Virus record (IMG/VR): IMGVR_UViG_2693429518_000021 | Source: a virus | Taxonomy: Duplodnaviria; Heunggongvirae; Uroviricota; Caudoviricetes | DNA: 42,445 nt | Direction: 5' to 3' (one strand) | Shown: positions 1 to 9,645 of the stretch, piece after piece | Layout: every line of letters begins with the position of its first letter | How positions within the stretch are numbered: position 1 is the stretch's first letter | Notes under the pieces: generated by a model | The model's input: the letters and a program-made list of their open reading frames with translations, nothing else | Told to the model about the DNA's origin: nothing | Database searches by the model: none | Position numbers and translations under genes: made by a program

Positions 1-270
<270 letters not shown>

Positions 271-293
271 TTACCGTTAAATCATTTTAAAAT

Positions 294-340
294 CAGTAAG
301 TTGTATCGAGTTTGTATGCTTTACTGTCATTAACTTACTG
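294..340. repeat. 9-bp inverted repeat CAGTAAGTT / AACTTACTG (arms 294..302 and 332..340, 29-bp spacer) in the yfhL-int intergenic region
   Basis: Read directly from the sequence; function unknown (promoter/operator or part of the prophage attachment site). Confidence 0.4.
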
Positions 341-469
341 TATGTTGATCCAGTGTATTTAACCTTGATAAACTCAGTCCAGCAACACAAAACCGCAACA
401 CATTGCATTTTGTCCCGTAGAAAAGACTTGTATGTGTGAGCTTGTTTTCTGCGCCTACGCAGATAAGGA

Positions 470-1873
470 TTGAGAATGCCGCGCACTGTAACACATAATC
501 CGGATAGCCCCAATAATGACGATGTTTTAGCCGCATCTGAAAAATGGGACGCCTGTAAACCCCCCTATACCAGCGCACACATGAAAATCTGTGTTGCTGC
601 CGCCAAAATCATCCTCGCTGCTTCCGGCGTGGCTCGCCGTTCCAAATACGAAAAAGAGAACTATCTCCGTATCGATTTCAGCAAAGCCGGTAAGGTTACA
701 TTTTACGCCGAGTTTCCAAAAAAGATGGGCCTCAAGGGTAAAAAGCTCGGCGAGTGGCCGGAGCTCGCTATCCAGCTGGCGCGCGAAAAAGCGCTAGGTA
801 TGGCTGACTGTGGCTTGCGGGCAGAGTCAGTACATGCAGCGCTGGAAATGTACCGGGATGACCTCAAAGCCAAAGTCGCCCGGCAGAAGCTGAGCCCGGA
901 CAGTTTCACAACCTACGGGGTGCGTATCGACCGGATTAAAGCAACGTTCGGCGAGCGTGAGGTGTTCAGCGACGTAACATACAATCGGCTGGTGGAAGTG
1001 CTGGACGAGTGGATCGCCACTCGCTCGAACAATAACGCCCTGGAGTTGTTTGCCGAGCTCCGTCGGTTCTGGAAGTTCTGCGCACCTACTCTTTGCAACG
1101 GCCGCAATGTTGCCGCCAGTCTGCCAGATGATTATGTTTCCTCCCGCGTACAGAAACCTACCCCCACACGGCTTTTTACCGATATTGAATCAATCGCCCG
1201 ACTCTGGCTCAATGTTGCTGCCTGCACCTCTGTACACCAGAAGAATGCTGTTCGCTTCATGATCATCACTGGCGTTCGTCCGATTAATGTCCATAACCTG
1301 CGCTGGGACTACGTTCACGAGGAGGCTGGTGAAATTGTTTATCCGGAAGGGGTTATCGGCATGCGAGGGGCTATGAAAACACAAAAGGCTTTCCGCCTGC
1401 CGATAACGCCTGAGATTCGGCGGATTATCGACGAGCAGAAAGCCTGGCGTGATTCAGTTCCTGAGTGCAACAGGGATTATGTATTTTTGCAGCCACGTGA
1501 TCCAATGCAGCCATTTTCAAAACGATCACTGGATAAGCTGGTGAAAACATACAGCCCGGACGGGGCTGTAAAAGGAATAAAACATGATGGGACTGTTAAA
1601 GGGAAAGACGGTGCATTTAATACGATGTGCCGTAAATTCCTTAAGAGCAATGTTATTGCCTTGATGAAGGAAAGAGGCTATTCCCGATCAGACCGAAGGG
1701 AAATCAGCCTCCTTTGCCTTCACCACTCCAGCAAGTCAGATGACCCGATGGCAGAACATTACGACTTTTCTGATGAGATTTTACAGGAAGAGATTGCGTT
1801 AAAGCGCGAAGCTTTCGAGGCTCACGAGCGGAGCATACTTGCGCAGGTTGCATTGCTACGGCGGCGAGGTTAA
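470..1873 (+). CDS. int: Phage integrase, tyrosine recombinase family
   Basis: 467-aa ORF at the prophage/host junction; AAGGA Shine-Dalgarno 7 nt upstream; C-terminal region has Arg (GVRPINV), His-rich (LLCLHHSS) and Tyr (AEHYDF) residues in the order expected for a tyrosine recombinase catalytic domain. Start codon choice uncertain. Confidence 0.75.
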   Translation: MRMPRTVTHNPDSPNNDDVLAASEKWDACKPPYTSAHMKICVAAAKIILAASGVARRSKYEKENYLRIDFSKAGKVTFYAEFPKKMGLKGKKLGEWPELAIQLAREKALGMADCGLRAESVHAALEMYRDDLKAKVARQKLSPDSFTTYGVRIDRIKATFGEREVFSDVTYNRLVEVLDEWIATRSNNNALELFAELRRFWKFCAPTLCNGRNVAASLPDDYVSSRVQKPTPTRLFTDIESIARLWLNVAACTSVHQKNAVRFMIITGVRPINVHNLRWDYVHEEAGEIVYPEGVIGMRGAMKTQKAFRLPITPEIRRIIDEQKAWRDSVPECNRDYVFLQPRDPMQPFSKRSLDKLVKTYSPDGAVKGIKHDGTVKGKDGAFNTMCRKFLKSNVIALMKERGYSRSDRREISLLCLHHSSKSDDPMAEHYDFSDEILQEEIALKREAFEAHERSILAQVALLRRRG

Positions 1874-2070
1874 TACTGGCTGCGACACTTTTGAATAAAA
1901 GCGTCGACATTTCGGCGCTCATAACGAACTACTTTTGCACTGAAACGAATTGGTGCCAGGATAGCCCGATGACGATGCTTAATATTCCACTCACATAGCG
2001 TTTTCTGTGTAATACCTAACTTTTGGCATACTTCATCTGGGGTGAGTAAATCGTCGGGTTTCTCGCTCAT
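1870..2070 (-). CDS. Small DNA-binding protein, AlpA/Xis-like (helix-turn-helix)
   Basis: 66 aa; motif LLTPDEVCQKLGITQKTLCEW resembles AlpA-family prophage regulators/excisionases; start overlaps the helicase stop (ATGA), suggesting translational coupling. Confidence 0.55.
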   Translation of the reverse strand: MSEKPDDLLTPDEVCQKLGITQKTLCEWNIKHRHRAILAPIRFSAKVVRYERRNVDAFIQKCRSQY

Positions 2071-3461
2071 GCTATACCTCTCTTTTTCATGGCATCGAGC
2101 AGGATGTCCTGCACTGTTCGTTTTGAGTTGCGCCGCTCCATCACCATTTCGTCCATAGTGTCGGCCGCAATAATGTGGTGAATAAATACCGGACGATTGT
2201 GTCCGGCCTGTATCTGCCTGGTGGGGCCGATACGTTCAATAATTTGCTGATACTGCTCCAGGTCCCACCAGTGTGAGAAAAATACCAGTATGTTTCCGCC
2301 GTCCTGCATGTTCAGACCGTGGCCCGCGCTGGCTGGGTGTGCAAAGAGAACAGGAATCTTTCCGGAATTCCAGTCGCGCAGTGTCTGTGGATCTTGGTCG
2401 AGGTGACGACCGCGAGGGAATGCTTTAAGCAAGCGTTCAAGATCGTGTTTCCAGTGATAAGCAACCAGCACAGGTGCGCCAGCTGCTTCGGTCAGTATGC
2501 TGTCCAGCGCCTGCAGTTTGGTGTCATGCAGTTCTGACCAACTTCCGGTGTCGTCTGTGTATACTGCGCCACTGGCGATTTGCAGACACTTCAGTGTCTT
2601 TGCCGCGGCGTTTGGTGCTTCGATGCCTTCGCCATTCAGCTCGAGGAACATTTCCTTTTCCATTTCACGATACTGCTGACGGGCCTTCGGCGGCATATCC
2701 ACGCGGATTACGTTATGGATGGGGTCTTTGATATCGAACCAGTCGGCCGCATCCAGCGATAGGGTCACATCGGCTAACGCTCGCTGTATTTCACCCTGTG
2801 AGTGAGCAAACGGCTCCAGTTTGGTCCAGCTCTGCCCCGGAAACTGTATCGAGTTGAACCAGCGTGAGGTAAACGCGCCGTAAGTGCGTCCGAGACGTTG
2901 CCCCTGGTCCACAAACCACGCTTGTCCCCACAAATCTACCAGGCCGTTCGGTGCTGGCGTACCGGTGAGATTTATCCAGCGCCGGACATACTTATGCGCC
3001 ACTTTGCCCAGCGCCGCCGCGCGCTTACCACCACCTCGCAGCCGGAAGGATTTTAGCTGGGTGCTTTCATCTGGAATGACAGTACCGAACGGCCATCGTT
3101 CTCCCAATTCCTCAACCAGCCAGACAAGGTTATCGTAGTTGATGGTGAACACGCTTGCGTTGCTGTTCGCCAGCGCTGCAGAGCGCGCTTTGGCGTTACC
3201 AACAATCGGCTGCACCTCAATATTACGCAGATGCCCCCATTTAACAGCTTCATCAGGCCAGGTGCTTGCTGCAACGCGTAGCGGCGCGAGGACCAGCGCG
3301 GGGCGTGTTTCTGCTCCAGCCATGAAAAGATCTTCCAGCGTGGTGAGTGTCGCTACGGTTTTACCCATTCCCATACCTGCCCAGATGTTGCAGCGCATGA
3401 TGTCGATTTCGTGGTTGATAATGAGATCTTGGTAGGGGCGAGGGATAAAGTTTTGAGGCAT
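2067..3461 (-). CDS. Superfamily-2 helicase (SNF2/DEAD-like), phage replication module
   Basis: 464 aa; Walker A GMGKT, DEST (DExx-like) box, PYQ N-terminal motif, helicase C-terminal-like region. Confidence 0.8.
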   Translation of the reverse strand: MPQNFIPRPYQDLIINHEIDIMRCNIWAGMGMGKTVATLTTLEDLFMAGAETRPALVLAPLRVAASTWPDEAVKWGHLRNIEVQPIVGNAKARSAALANSNASVFTINYDNLVWLVEELGERWPFGTVIPDESTQLKSFRLRGGGKRAAALGKVAHKYVRRWINLTGTPAPNGLVDLWGQAWFVDQGQRLGRTYGAFTSRWFNSIQFPGQSWTKLEPFAHSQGEIQRALADVTLSLDAADWFDIKDPIHNVIRVDMPPKARQQYREMEKEMFLELNGEGIEAPNAAAKTLKCLQIASGAVYTDDTGSWSELHDTKLQALDSILTEAAGAPVLVAYHWKHDLERLLKAFPRGRHLDQDPQTLRDWNSGKIPVLFAHPASAGHGLNMQDGGNILVFFSHWWDLEQYQQIIERIGPTRQIQAGHNRPVFIHHIIAADTMDEMVMERRNSKRTVQDILLDAMKKRGIA

Positions 3462-3571
3462 TATAATCTCGCAAATTTTTGCTAGTTAGAGGTCGCACCA
3501 GTTGGCCTGGCAATTTTTACTATTCACAGCGAAGGTAACCCACAGGGTTAAATGTAAGGATAAACAATAAA

Positions 3572-4501
3572 ATGAGTGAATTTGGTGGTCAGCAACCCGC
3601 ACCCCAACAAGTACTGGACTTAGGTGTTAGTACTGAGGGGGTTTTTAACGAAATAGAAATGGGGGTTCTTCAGAACGGGATCTCCTACCTTACGCAAAAT
3701 GGGCTGGCTAGGATTTGCGGGGTGCATCGCAGTAATATCGCGGATATTTCTCGAGAGTGGGAAGAGAGCTTCCGCCACGGAGTTTTCGCTCGAGGGCGTA
3801 TGGAGTTTATCAGCTCATATTTACAGCGTGAGCAATATAATGAGCCGACTCTTTATATCCCAATCAACAAAGATGGGTCAGTCCATTATGCGTACCCAGA
3901 AGTAGTCTGTATGGCTATTCTGGAGTTCTACGCATTTGTATCTCAAAGTGCTGCAACTCCTACTGCGCTACAGTTTTTCCGCGAGCTATCCCGTGCGGGT
4001 ATGCGTGGTTACATCTATACAGCGCTTGGCTACATACCTGATGACCCTTGGCGTCATTACCACTCTCGTGTGTCAATCATGCATGGGGCAAACTCGGTTC
4101 CTGCTGGACACTTCATTGTATTCAATGAAATTGCTGGTTTAATGGTAGACCTCATCCATGCTGGATTAGCAGTAAACCAGTACACTGTACCGGATATCAG
4201 TGTGGGCCAGCACTGGGCTCGCTACTGGTCTTCTTCCAACTACGATGCGACGATTGGCCCAAGACAACGCTGCCAGCACTATTACCCTGAAGAATTCAAC
4301 CAATCCGCAAGTAATCCCCAAATGGTCTATGCATACCCTGATAATGCTTTAGCTGTATTCAGGCACTGGCTTCGTGCGGTTTATTTACCAACCAAATTCC
4401 CTAAATACCTTCTGAGTAAAGCAGGGCTATTGGCTGGCGGACAAACGGCGGCGTTGCAAATTATTGATAATTTTAATAATCGTGCATTACCTAACCCATA
4501 A
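3572..4501 (+). CDS. Hypothetical protein, possible Bro-N/KilA-N-like N-terminal DNA-binding domain; function unknown
   Basis: 309-aa ORF, the only plus-strand gene inside the minus-strand replication operon; tail-to-tail with the methyltransferase (stops 2 bp apart). N-terminal stretch FNEIEMGVLQNGISYLTQNGLARICGV resembles Bro-N/AntA/KilA-N-type folds (by eye, unverified). Confidence 0.6.
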   Translation: MSEFGGQQPAPQQVLDLGVSTEGVFNEIEMGVLQNGISYLTQNGLARICGVHRSNIADISREWEESFRHGVFARGRMEFISSYLQREQYNEPTLYIPINKDGSVHYAYPEVVCMAILEFYAFVSQSAATPTALQFFRELSRAGMRGYIYTALGYIPDDPWRHYHSRVSIMHGANSVPAGHFIVFNEIAGLMVDLIHAGLAVNQYTVPDISVGQHWARYWSSSNYDATIGPRQRCQHYYPEEFNQSASNPQMVYAYPDNALAVFRHWLRAVYLPTKFPKYLLSKAGLLAGGQTAALQIIDNFNNRALPNP

Positions 4502-4503
4502 TA

Positions 4504-5517
4504 TCAACAGATGAGGTCGTATCCTGTGCATTCCATAAACGAGCGGATGAATGTTGCGGCAGCTGGTGCGACTATCGCGTTGCCGTAGGCGCGCAGTCGT
4601 CCCACTCTGGAGGTAATCCCATGAGCCAACGGGAATGTGCCGGATTCAACTGGCCGCCAGCGACCATCCCGGCAGAGGAGCCAGTCAGCATCATCCCAGC
4701 AGCTGTTAATCGTATTGGGCCGCCGAGGGTCGTTCCCCGTTTGGTATGATTGGCCGCTGCGCCCTCGCCACGAACTTTGTTGTTGTCGACCGTCGTCACT
4801 GTCGGCCATCCCGCTAATCTGGATAGCCCCGCTAAGGTTTCTAGACCGCGTTTTGTCTCCGGCTGTGGGTTTGTGTTGCAGGTTGGGGTGTACCACCCCG
4901 CCAGGTGAGCAAAATCCCGCAGGGAGCTGTGTAGCGTGTTGCCGGACGGTCGACGATCTCCAGACATCTTCCTCAATGCTATTGAGGCGCTTTCGCCACC
5001 GCTGTGGTCGCTCGCCGCTGGCATCGGCCACCCAATACGCTCTATCTCGGATATGCGGGGCACCGACGCCCGCAGCCGGAAACGGGACAAGCCCAAAGGC
5101 GTAGTCCACTGCTTCCACGTCAGTTTGTACAAGATCGAACCAGGCATTGACTCCCGCAACCTGTTCGCCAAATACCAGCTCAGGGCGTCGCTCGCTGATG
5201 AGGTGGAATAGCGCTGGCCATAGGTGCCGCTCGTCATCAAATCCAGCGCCTTTACCAGCCGAGCTGAAAGGCTGGCACGGGCAACTTCCTGTCCAGACCG
5301 GTTTGTTATCCGGCCATCCGGCCAGACGCAGAGCATAAGACCAGACGCCGATCCCGGCGAAGAAATGGCACTGTGTGAATCCGCGCAAGTCGTCTGGTGC
5401 GACATCTTCGATACTCCTTTCATCAACTTCACCCGGGGCGATATGACCCGCAGCAATAAGGTTACGCAGCCATTGTGCTGCGTTAGGGTCTATTTCGTTG
5501 TAATAGGCTCCCCGCAC
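4504..5517 (-). CDS. DNA (cytosine-5)-methyltransferase
   Basis: 337 aa with C5-MTase motifs in canonical order: motif I FFAGIG, motif [11 protein letters not shown] (catalytic Cys), motif VI FGEQV (ENV-like), motif VIII IRDRAYW, motif X AYGNAIV. Confidence 0.85.
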   Translation of the reverse strand: MRGAYYNEIDPNAAQWLRNLIAAGHIAPGEVDERSIEDVAPDDLRGFTQCHFFAGIGVWSYALRLAGWPDNKPVWTGSCPCQPFSSAGKGAGFDDERHLWPALFHLISERRPELVFGEQVAGVNAWFDLVQTDVEAVDYAFGLVPFPAAGVGAPHIRDRAYWVADASGERPQRWRKRLNSIEEDVWRSSTVRQHATQLPAGFCSPGGVVHPNLQHKPTAGDKTRSRNLSGAIQISGMADSDDGRQQQSSWRGRSGQSYQTGNDPRRPNTINSCWDDADWLLCRDGRWRPVESGTFPLAHGITSRVGRLRAYGNAIVAPAAATFIRSFMECTGYDLIC

Positions 5518-5810
5518 AATATCCCCTCCAGATTTTTGCTATCCAGCACCACTACGGTAAAGCCCAGCGCGCGCAGTCGTCCGTGTTCACGCAGTTGGCC
5601 GGCGCGTGGTGTCTTGCCGGGTGCTTTACATTCAACGAAAACGATACGACCACCGGGTAGCAGAACAATGCGATCTGGTACCGAGCGGCGACCGGGAGAT
5701 ATAAACTTAAAGGCCACTCCGCCAGCTTTTTTCACTTCAGCGACGAGGTGCTTTTCGATAAGGCTTTCACGTTCATAGGCCATCTGAATCCCACTCTTCA
5801 AAAAGCACAT
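5490..5810 (-). CDS. VRR-NUC domain nuclease (PD-(D/E)xK)
   Basis: 106 aa; VPDRIVLL ... IVFVECKAPGK gives the D ... E-x-K signature; typical partner of phage PolA/helicase modules. Real start may be the internal MAYERE Met. Confidence 0.6.
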   Translation of the reverse strand: MCFLKSGIQMAYERESLIEKHLVAEVKKAGGVAFKFISPGRRSVPDRIVLLPGGRIVFVECKAPGKTPRAGQLREHGRLRALGFTVVVLDSKNLEGILCGEPITTK

Positions 5811-6072
5811 TCAATACCAGTTTCTCTGCCAACGCGTTTTCTGCACGTGCGCCGGCAGAGTACTCCCACTCTTTGAGCATATAAATCGTATCGGCACAGC
5901 GAAGCATTGCGAGGCAGATGTCCATGTACTGAGCCTGTGTCAAACCATCGGGTAAAGTTGCGGGGTTAAGCACAACATATCCCTTGTCCGTTAGCCTCTT
6001 TGCTGCGGAATGAAAGGCCGGGCGGTTAAATTGCTCGTAACCGCTCATCGGCCCGGCAACGTAAACGATCAT
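5773..6072 (-). CDS. DUF4406 / nucleoside 2-deoxyribosyltransferase-like protein
   Basis: 99 aa; N-terminal IVYVAGPMSGYEQFNRPAFH resembles the DUF4406 family signature (from memory). Confidence 0.45.
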   Translation of the reverse strand: MIVYVAGPMSGYEQFNRPAFHSAAKRLTDKGYVVLNPATLPDGLTQAQYMDICLAMLRCADTIYMLKEWEYSAGARAENALAEKLVLNVLFEEWDSDGL

Positions 6073-6284
6073 TCTTCGACCGCCTTACGCTTTTCACGCA
6101 TATTCTGCATCAGGCAAAAATCAGATCTGCGTTCACTCCATTCCTGATTCAGTTCGTGATGTGATTCGCGGTTGGCTTTTGCCCAGACCTTCGCTGCCCG
6201 GTCATATTCGCCGGATTGTTCAAGTCGCAAAGCCTCCCTTGCAGCCCTGTAATAAAGTGGATTGTCCCGGTATTTAAATGACAT
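6069..6284 (-). CDS. Hypothetical small protein
   Basis: 71-aa ORF wedged between PolA and the DUF4406 gene on the same strand, with overlapping/abutting stops and starts. Confidence 0.4.
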   Translation of the reverse strand: MSFKYRDNPLYYRAAREALRLEQSGEYDRAAKVWAKANRESHHELNQEWSERRSDFCLMQNMREKRKAVEE

Positions 6285-6289
6285 AGGAG

Positions 6290-8353
6290 TTAATCCTTAC
6301 GGTAGTGGTACGCCTCAAAACCGCCAGCGTTCAGTGGGATATCTGGCGCCCATTCGGGGTTAGTGGAGAGAAGCGCGGAAAGCGCTTTATCGTTGAAATC
6401 TTCTGTGTCAGGTGATTCGGTGATCACCTCGTCGTGTACCGTCAGCACAATGCTGTAACCGGCATCTTCGATAAGCGGCATGTTTCCGGCCAGAACGTCG
6501 CGGGCGGCCGCCTGGGTGACGTTCTCCACCAGCTTTCCGCCGTAGGTTTTGAGTCGTTGCCATTTACGCGAATAAGAGTTAACACCCATGTAGGTGATAT
6601 TCCCTTGTTCGATAACCGGAGACGGGTAGCATACAGCGCGTCCGGATGGTAGCTGTATGCGCAGCCACGCGCCATCGCGGCGGATTTTAAGATAACCGCA
6701 ATACAATGTTTTTTGCGGTGTGGCGATTGCTGTGCGGACGGTGCACTCCAGTTCGTACCAGAAATCACAGGTCGCGGGATGCGCCCGGCGCCAGAGACGT
6801 TTAAGTGAGTCGCAGGCGATAAATACCCGTTCAGAAAGCCCGTAGGTCGATTTACGTTTAACCGATTCGTCGTACCAGCTTTTCGCCTCGCGGATAACAT
6901 CGCGGGGAATGTTTGGCAGTGCGGCGTTCGCCAGCCCGTCGAGATCGAGACCGTAAACCAGAGCAAAAGTGATGAAAGCCGATACACCTCCTCCATAACC
7001 CAGACCGAGTTCCATGACTTTACCGATCTGACGCATGTGTTTATCAACATCATCTGGTGCAATATCGAAAGCTTTTGCATACGCCAGTTTATATAAGTCC
7101 GGACCCGTTCCGGCGTCGTACTCTCTGAATGCATTCAGTTTCCATTCTTCTCCCGCCAGCCATGCCAGCATACGGCCTTCAATGTTCGACAAGTCACTTA
7201 CCACCAGCTTTTTGCCTGTTGGCGCGATAATGCAGCCACGTAACGCTGAACTGGTTAGTTCCATGATATTGTCAAACAGCAGGTCTGCACATCCGGCTTT
7301 CAGTGCTTCGATGCCTTCGTCTATTTGTTCCTGTTTTAGTGAAGGGCGGGGAAGGTTCTGGGGCTGGAATAGCCGTCCGGCCCAACGACCGGTACGTGAC
7401 GCCCCGCAGAACTGTAGCGTACCGCGTAAGCGCCCGTCGTGGCTTACGCCTTTCATCAGTGCCTTGTATTTACTGGTGCTGGTAGTACTGGCCTGCAGGC
7501 GGATAGCCAGCAGTTCTTTCACGGCAGATGGTAAATCGGGGTCGGCAATACGACGTTCCAGAGTACTGCGTTGCATGTCTGGTAGCTCCACACCGTAGGA
7601 TTCAACAATGTGCTTAATCAACGCGTCTCGTTGTGTGGCTGCCTGCACTTCGCCATCAGTCATTTCCTGTGTACGCTTTGCCAGGCGCTTTTGTTCCTGG
7701 TCTACCGCGTCGATCGCAGCGCGTGCGAGTTCCACGTCCATGCAGACGCCCCGGTCATTGATCTGCTGATCACGATGCCAGAGCGCCAGTTCTGTCCCCT
7801 GATAATTCCACTTCGGCAGACGTTTATAGACTTCGCGCATTGCCTCGATATCCAGTCCGGCGTAAGCAACAAAGCGCCGCCATTCTTCCGGGTGGGTTTT
7901 GCTGGTGGCCCGGCGCAGTTTGCTGTTTTTCGGGCGTGGCTTACAGAACAGCTGGATCAGCGCTTTACCTTCTTTGTCCTTCGCTTTGTCTTGCGGGACG
8001 CCTAGTACTTCGCAGAGTTCCCCCAGAGCCCCCGGGAGACCGTGCGCCAGCGCCTGCACCATCGTGTCGCGCCAACGTTCGACTGGCGGTGCCAGTCGCG
8101 GCATTGCATAACGCAGGACGGTGCGGTCGAAGTGAGAGTTATGAAAATAAAGCAGGGTTTCAGGGGCTGCGATTGCTTCGTATAAGCCGTGTGGAATACC
8201 ACCACCGGCAGTGATATCCCATACGTTTACTGGCCCGTCGTTGATAGCCCATGCGAACAGCATCACTTCAACGCCTTCGGCATACGCATGGGTACCGTTC
8301 GTAATAGGGATTTCGCAATAGGTTTCCAGGTCGCCCCATAGTATATTGGACAT
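6290..8353 (-). CDS. DNA polymerase, family A (with 3'-5' exonuclease domain)
   Basis: 687 aa; exonuclease DxE (WGDLETY), polymerase motif A ([19 protein letters not shown]-like), motif B ([16 protein letters not shown]), motif C (VHDE). Confidence 0.85.
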   Translation of the reverse strand: MSNILWGDLETYCEIPITNGTHAYAEGVEVMLFAWAINDGPVNVWDITAGGGIPHGLYEAIAAPETLLYFHNSHFDRTVLRYAMPRLAPPVERWRDTMVQALAHGLPGALGELCEVLGVPQDKAKDKEGKALIQLFCKPRPKNSKLRRATSKTHPEEWRRFVAYAGLDIEAMREVYKRLPKWNYQGTELALWHRDQQINDRGVCMDVELARAAIDAVDQEQKRLAKRTQEMTDGEVQAATQRDALIKHIVESYGVELPDMQRSTLERRIADPDLPSAVKELLAIRLQASTTSTSKYKALMKGVSHDGRLRGTLQFCGASRTGRWAGRLFQPQNLPRPSLKQEQIDEGIEALKAGCADLLFDNIMELTSSALRGCIIAPTGKKLVVSDLSNIEGRMLAWLAGEEWKLNAFREYDAGTGPDLYKLAYAKAFDIAPDDVDKHMRQIGKVMELGLGYGGGVSAFITFALVYGLDLDGLANAALPNIPRDVIREAKSWYDESVKRKSTYGLSERVFIACDSLKRLWRRAHPATCDFWYELECTVRTAIATPQKTLYCGYLKIRRDGAWLRIQLPSGRAVCYPSPVIEQGNITYMGVNSYSRKWQRLKTYGGKLVENVTQAAARDVLAGNMPLIEDAGYSIVLTVHDEVITESPDTEDFNDKALSALLSTNPEWAPDIPLNAGGFEAYHYRKD

Positions 8354-8399
8354 GTGTTTACCTTGGTTTTTATTCTATTAACTGATTAAAAGATTAATT

Positions 8400-9029
8400 A
8401 TGCATATGATCCAATACTTGATTGACCATACAGAGCATCTGGAGAAAATAGCTGGATATATTTTTTCATGTTTGATTGTTATGGGAGTCTGGATAAGAAA
8501 GATCATTTTTAATTATAAGTATAAAGAGCCTAAATATGTCAAGAAGTTAATTTTATATTTAGTTAAGTATGAACGTTATCTGGATAAGGAGGATAAGAGT
8601 GCCATAGAAAAAAGAATAAATGATAAAATTATTCGTGATGCGCTGAAATTGCAATCTTCTTATAACCGAAGTGATGTTATTTACATTTGCAATAGATTAG
8701 AAAAAAGACAGTATATAAATCAGGTGATTAAGCTTCAGAATTATATAGAGAAAGATAACGGAGTGTTTTTCATCAATGTTAATTTTTCAGGTTTTTTATT
8801 TATTATTAGTCGTCTGTTTTCCTTTCTGTGTTTTGTGCTGTTTATCCTTTTTTCTATTATCTGCATTATTTCCATAGGGCAAAATGAAGGCCTTTTAAAT
8901 TATCTTGTGTATATGGTTATGACAATAGTTTTAGAGACTGTTGGTTTTTGGATGTATGATACTTTCCCGTCTAAGAAGAAGATCTGTGAACTAAATAAAG
9001 AATTGAGGAAGATTAAGATTCCTGAGTGA
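8400..9029 (+). CDS. Hypothetical membrane protein (AT-rich accessory gene)
   Basis: 209-aa ORF, visibly AT-rich with Lys/Ile/Asn/Tyr-rich codon usage unlike neighbours; predicted TM segments (IAGYIFSCLIVMGVWI; FLFIISRLFSFLCFVLFILFSIICIISI; LVYMVMTIVLETVGFWMY); antisense to the polymerase/SSB operon. Confidence 0.6.
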   Translation: MHMIQYLIDHTEHLEKIAGYIFSCLIVMGVWIRKIIFNYKYKEPKYVKKLILYLVKYERYLDKEDKSAIEKRINDKIIRDALKLQSSYNRSDVIYICNRLEKRQYINQVIKLQNYIEKDNGVFFINVNFSGFLFIISRLFSFLCFVLFILFSIICIISIGQNEGLLNYLVYMVMTIVLETVGFWMYDTFPSKKKICELNKELRKIKIPE

Positions 9030-9047
9030 TTATACGCCTAATCAGCA

Positions 9048-9066
9048 GCCCGGTATTTAACCGGGC
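9048..9066. terminator. Hairpin GCCCGGT-ATTTA-ACCGGGC between convergent genes
   Basis: Perfect 7-bp stem read from sequence; no clear U-tract on either strand, so terminator function is tentative. Confidence 0.3.
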
Positions 9067-9081
9067 GTCTATGAAGTAGGG

Positions 9082-9630
9082 TTAAATCAGTGCTTCAGCA
9101 TCAGCACCTTCGCTGATATCGTCGAAATCGTCAGCGCTTGCCACTCCGCCGCCAGCGAATGCATCGCCGTCTCGCAGGAACTGGACTCCGCCTAGTGAGG
9201 CATTAATGCGTTTACCGAAATTATTGTCCTGTGCCCAGATATCGATAACGGCGTTTACATAGCACCCTGCATAGGGACGTCCATCAGCCTGAATAAGTGG
9301 CGAACGATCGCGATCAAGAACAGCTGGGCGCGCTTTGTTAGCAGCATTCAGGAAGAAATTGCCGGGGAAGCCTTCATACTCTGCTTTTTCATCACCATCA
9401 TGCAGGCACAGATTGAGTTTTTTCTCCAGTTGGTTATAAATGGGCTCCCACTTCTCTCCCCATTTTTCCTTCGCTACCTGCTTCATAGCTTTACGGATTT
9501 CTTCCAGTTGTGGGTGTTTGGGTGACATTAAAAATACTGCGGAGAAACGTGGATCGCCTTCGCCGTTTACAGTTTTAGCTTCAAACAGAGACGGGAAGGC
9601 CAGACGAACATTGTTCAGCTTCAGTTTCAT
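9082..9630 (-). CDS. DUF2815-family phage protein, ssDNA-binding-like
   Basis: 182 aa; N-terminal MKLKLNNVRLAFPSLFE and acidic C-terminal tail (DDFDDISEGADAEALI) typical of SSB-like proteins. Confidence 0.5.
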   Translation of the reverse strand: MKLKLNNVRLAFPSLFEAKTVNGEGDPRFSAVFLMSPKHPQLEEIRKAMKQVAKEKWGEKWEPIYNQLEKKLNLCLHDGDEKAEYEGFPGNFFLNAANKARPAVLDRDRSPLIQADGRPYAGCYVNAVIDIWAQDNNFGKRINASLGGVQFLRDGDAFAGGGVASADDFDDISEGADAEALI

Positions 9631-9645
9631 GGGTATTTCCTTAAA

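Noticed and set aside
4572-5456. 294-aa minus-strand ORF overlapping the methyltransferase in another frame
   Set aside because: All conserved C5-MTase motifs lie in the 4504..5517 frame; this ORF is a same-strand shadow frame with no recognisable features.
6442-7598. Long alternate-frame ORFs (230 aa minus, 187 aa plus) inside the DNA polymerase gene
   Set aside because: They overlap a gene with clear polymerase motifs and have no independent start/RBS support; treated as shadow ORFs.
9048-9066. Hairpin between the AT-rich membrane gene and the SSB-like gene as a bidirectional terminator
   Set aside because: Perfect stem but no U-tract on either strand; kept only as a low-confidence feature.
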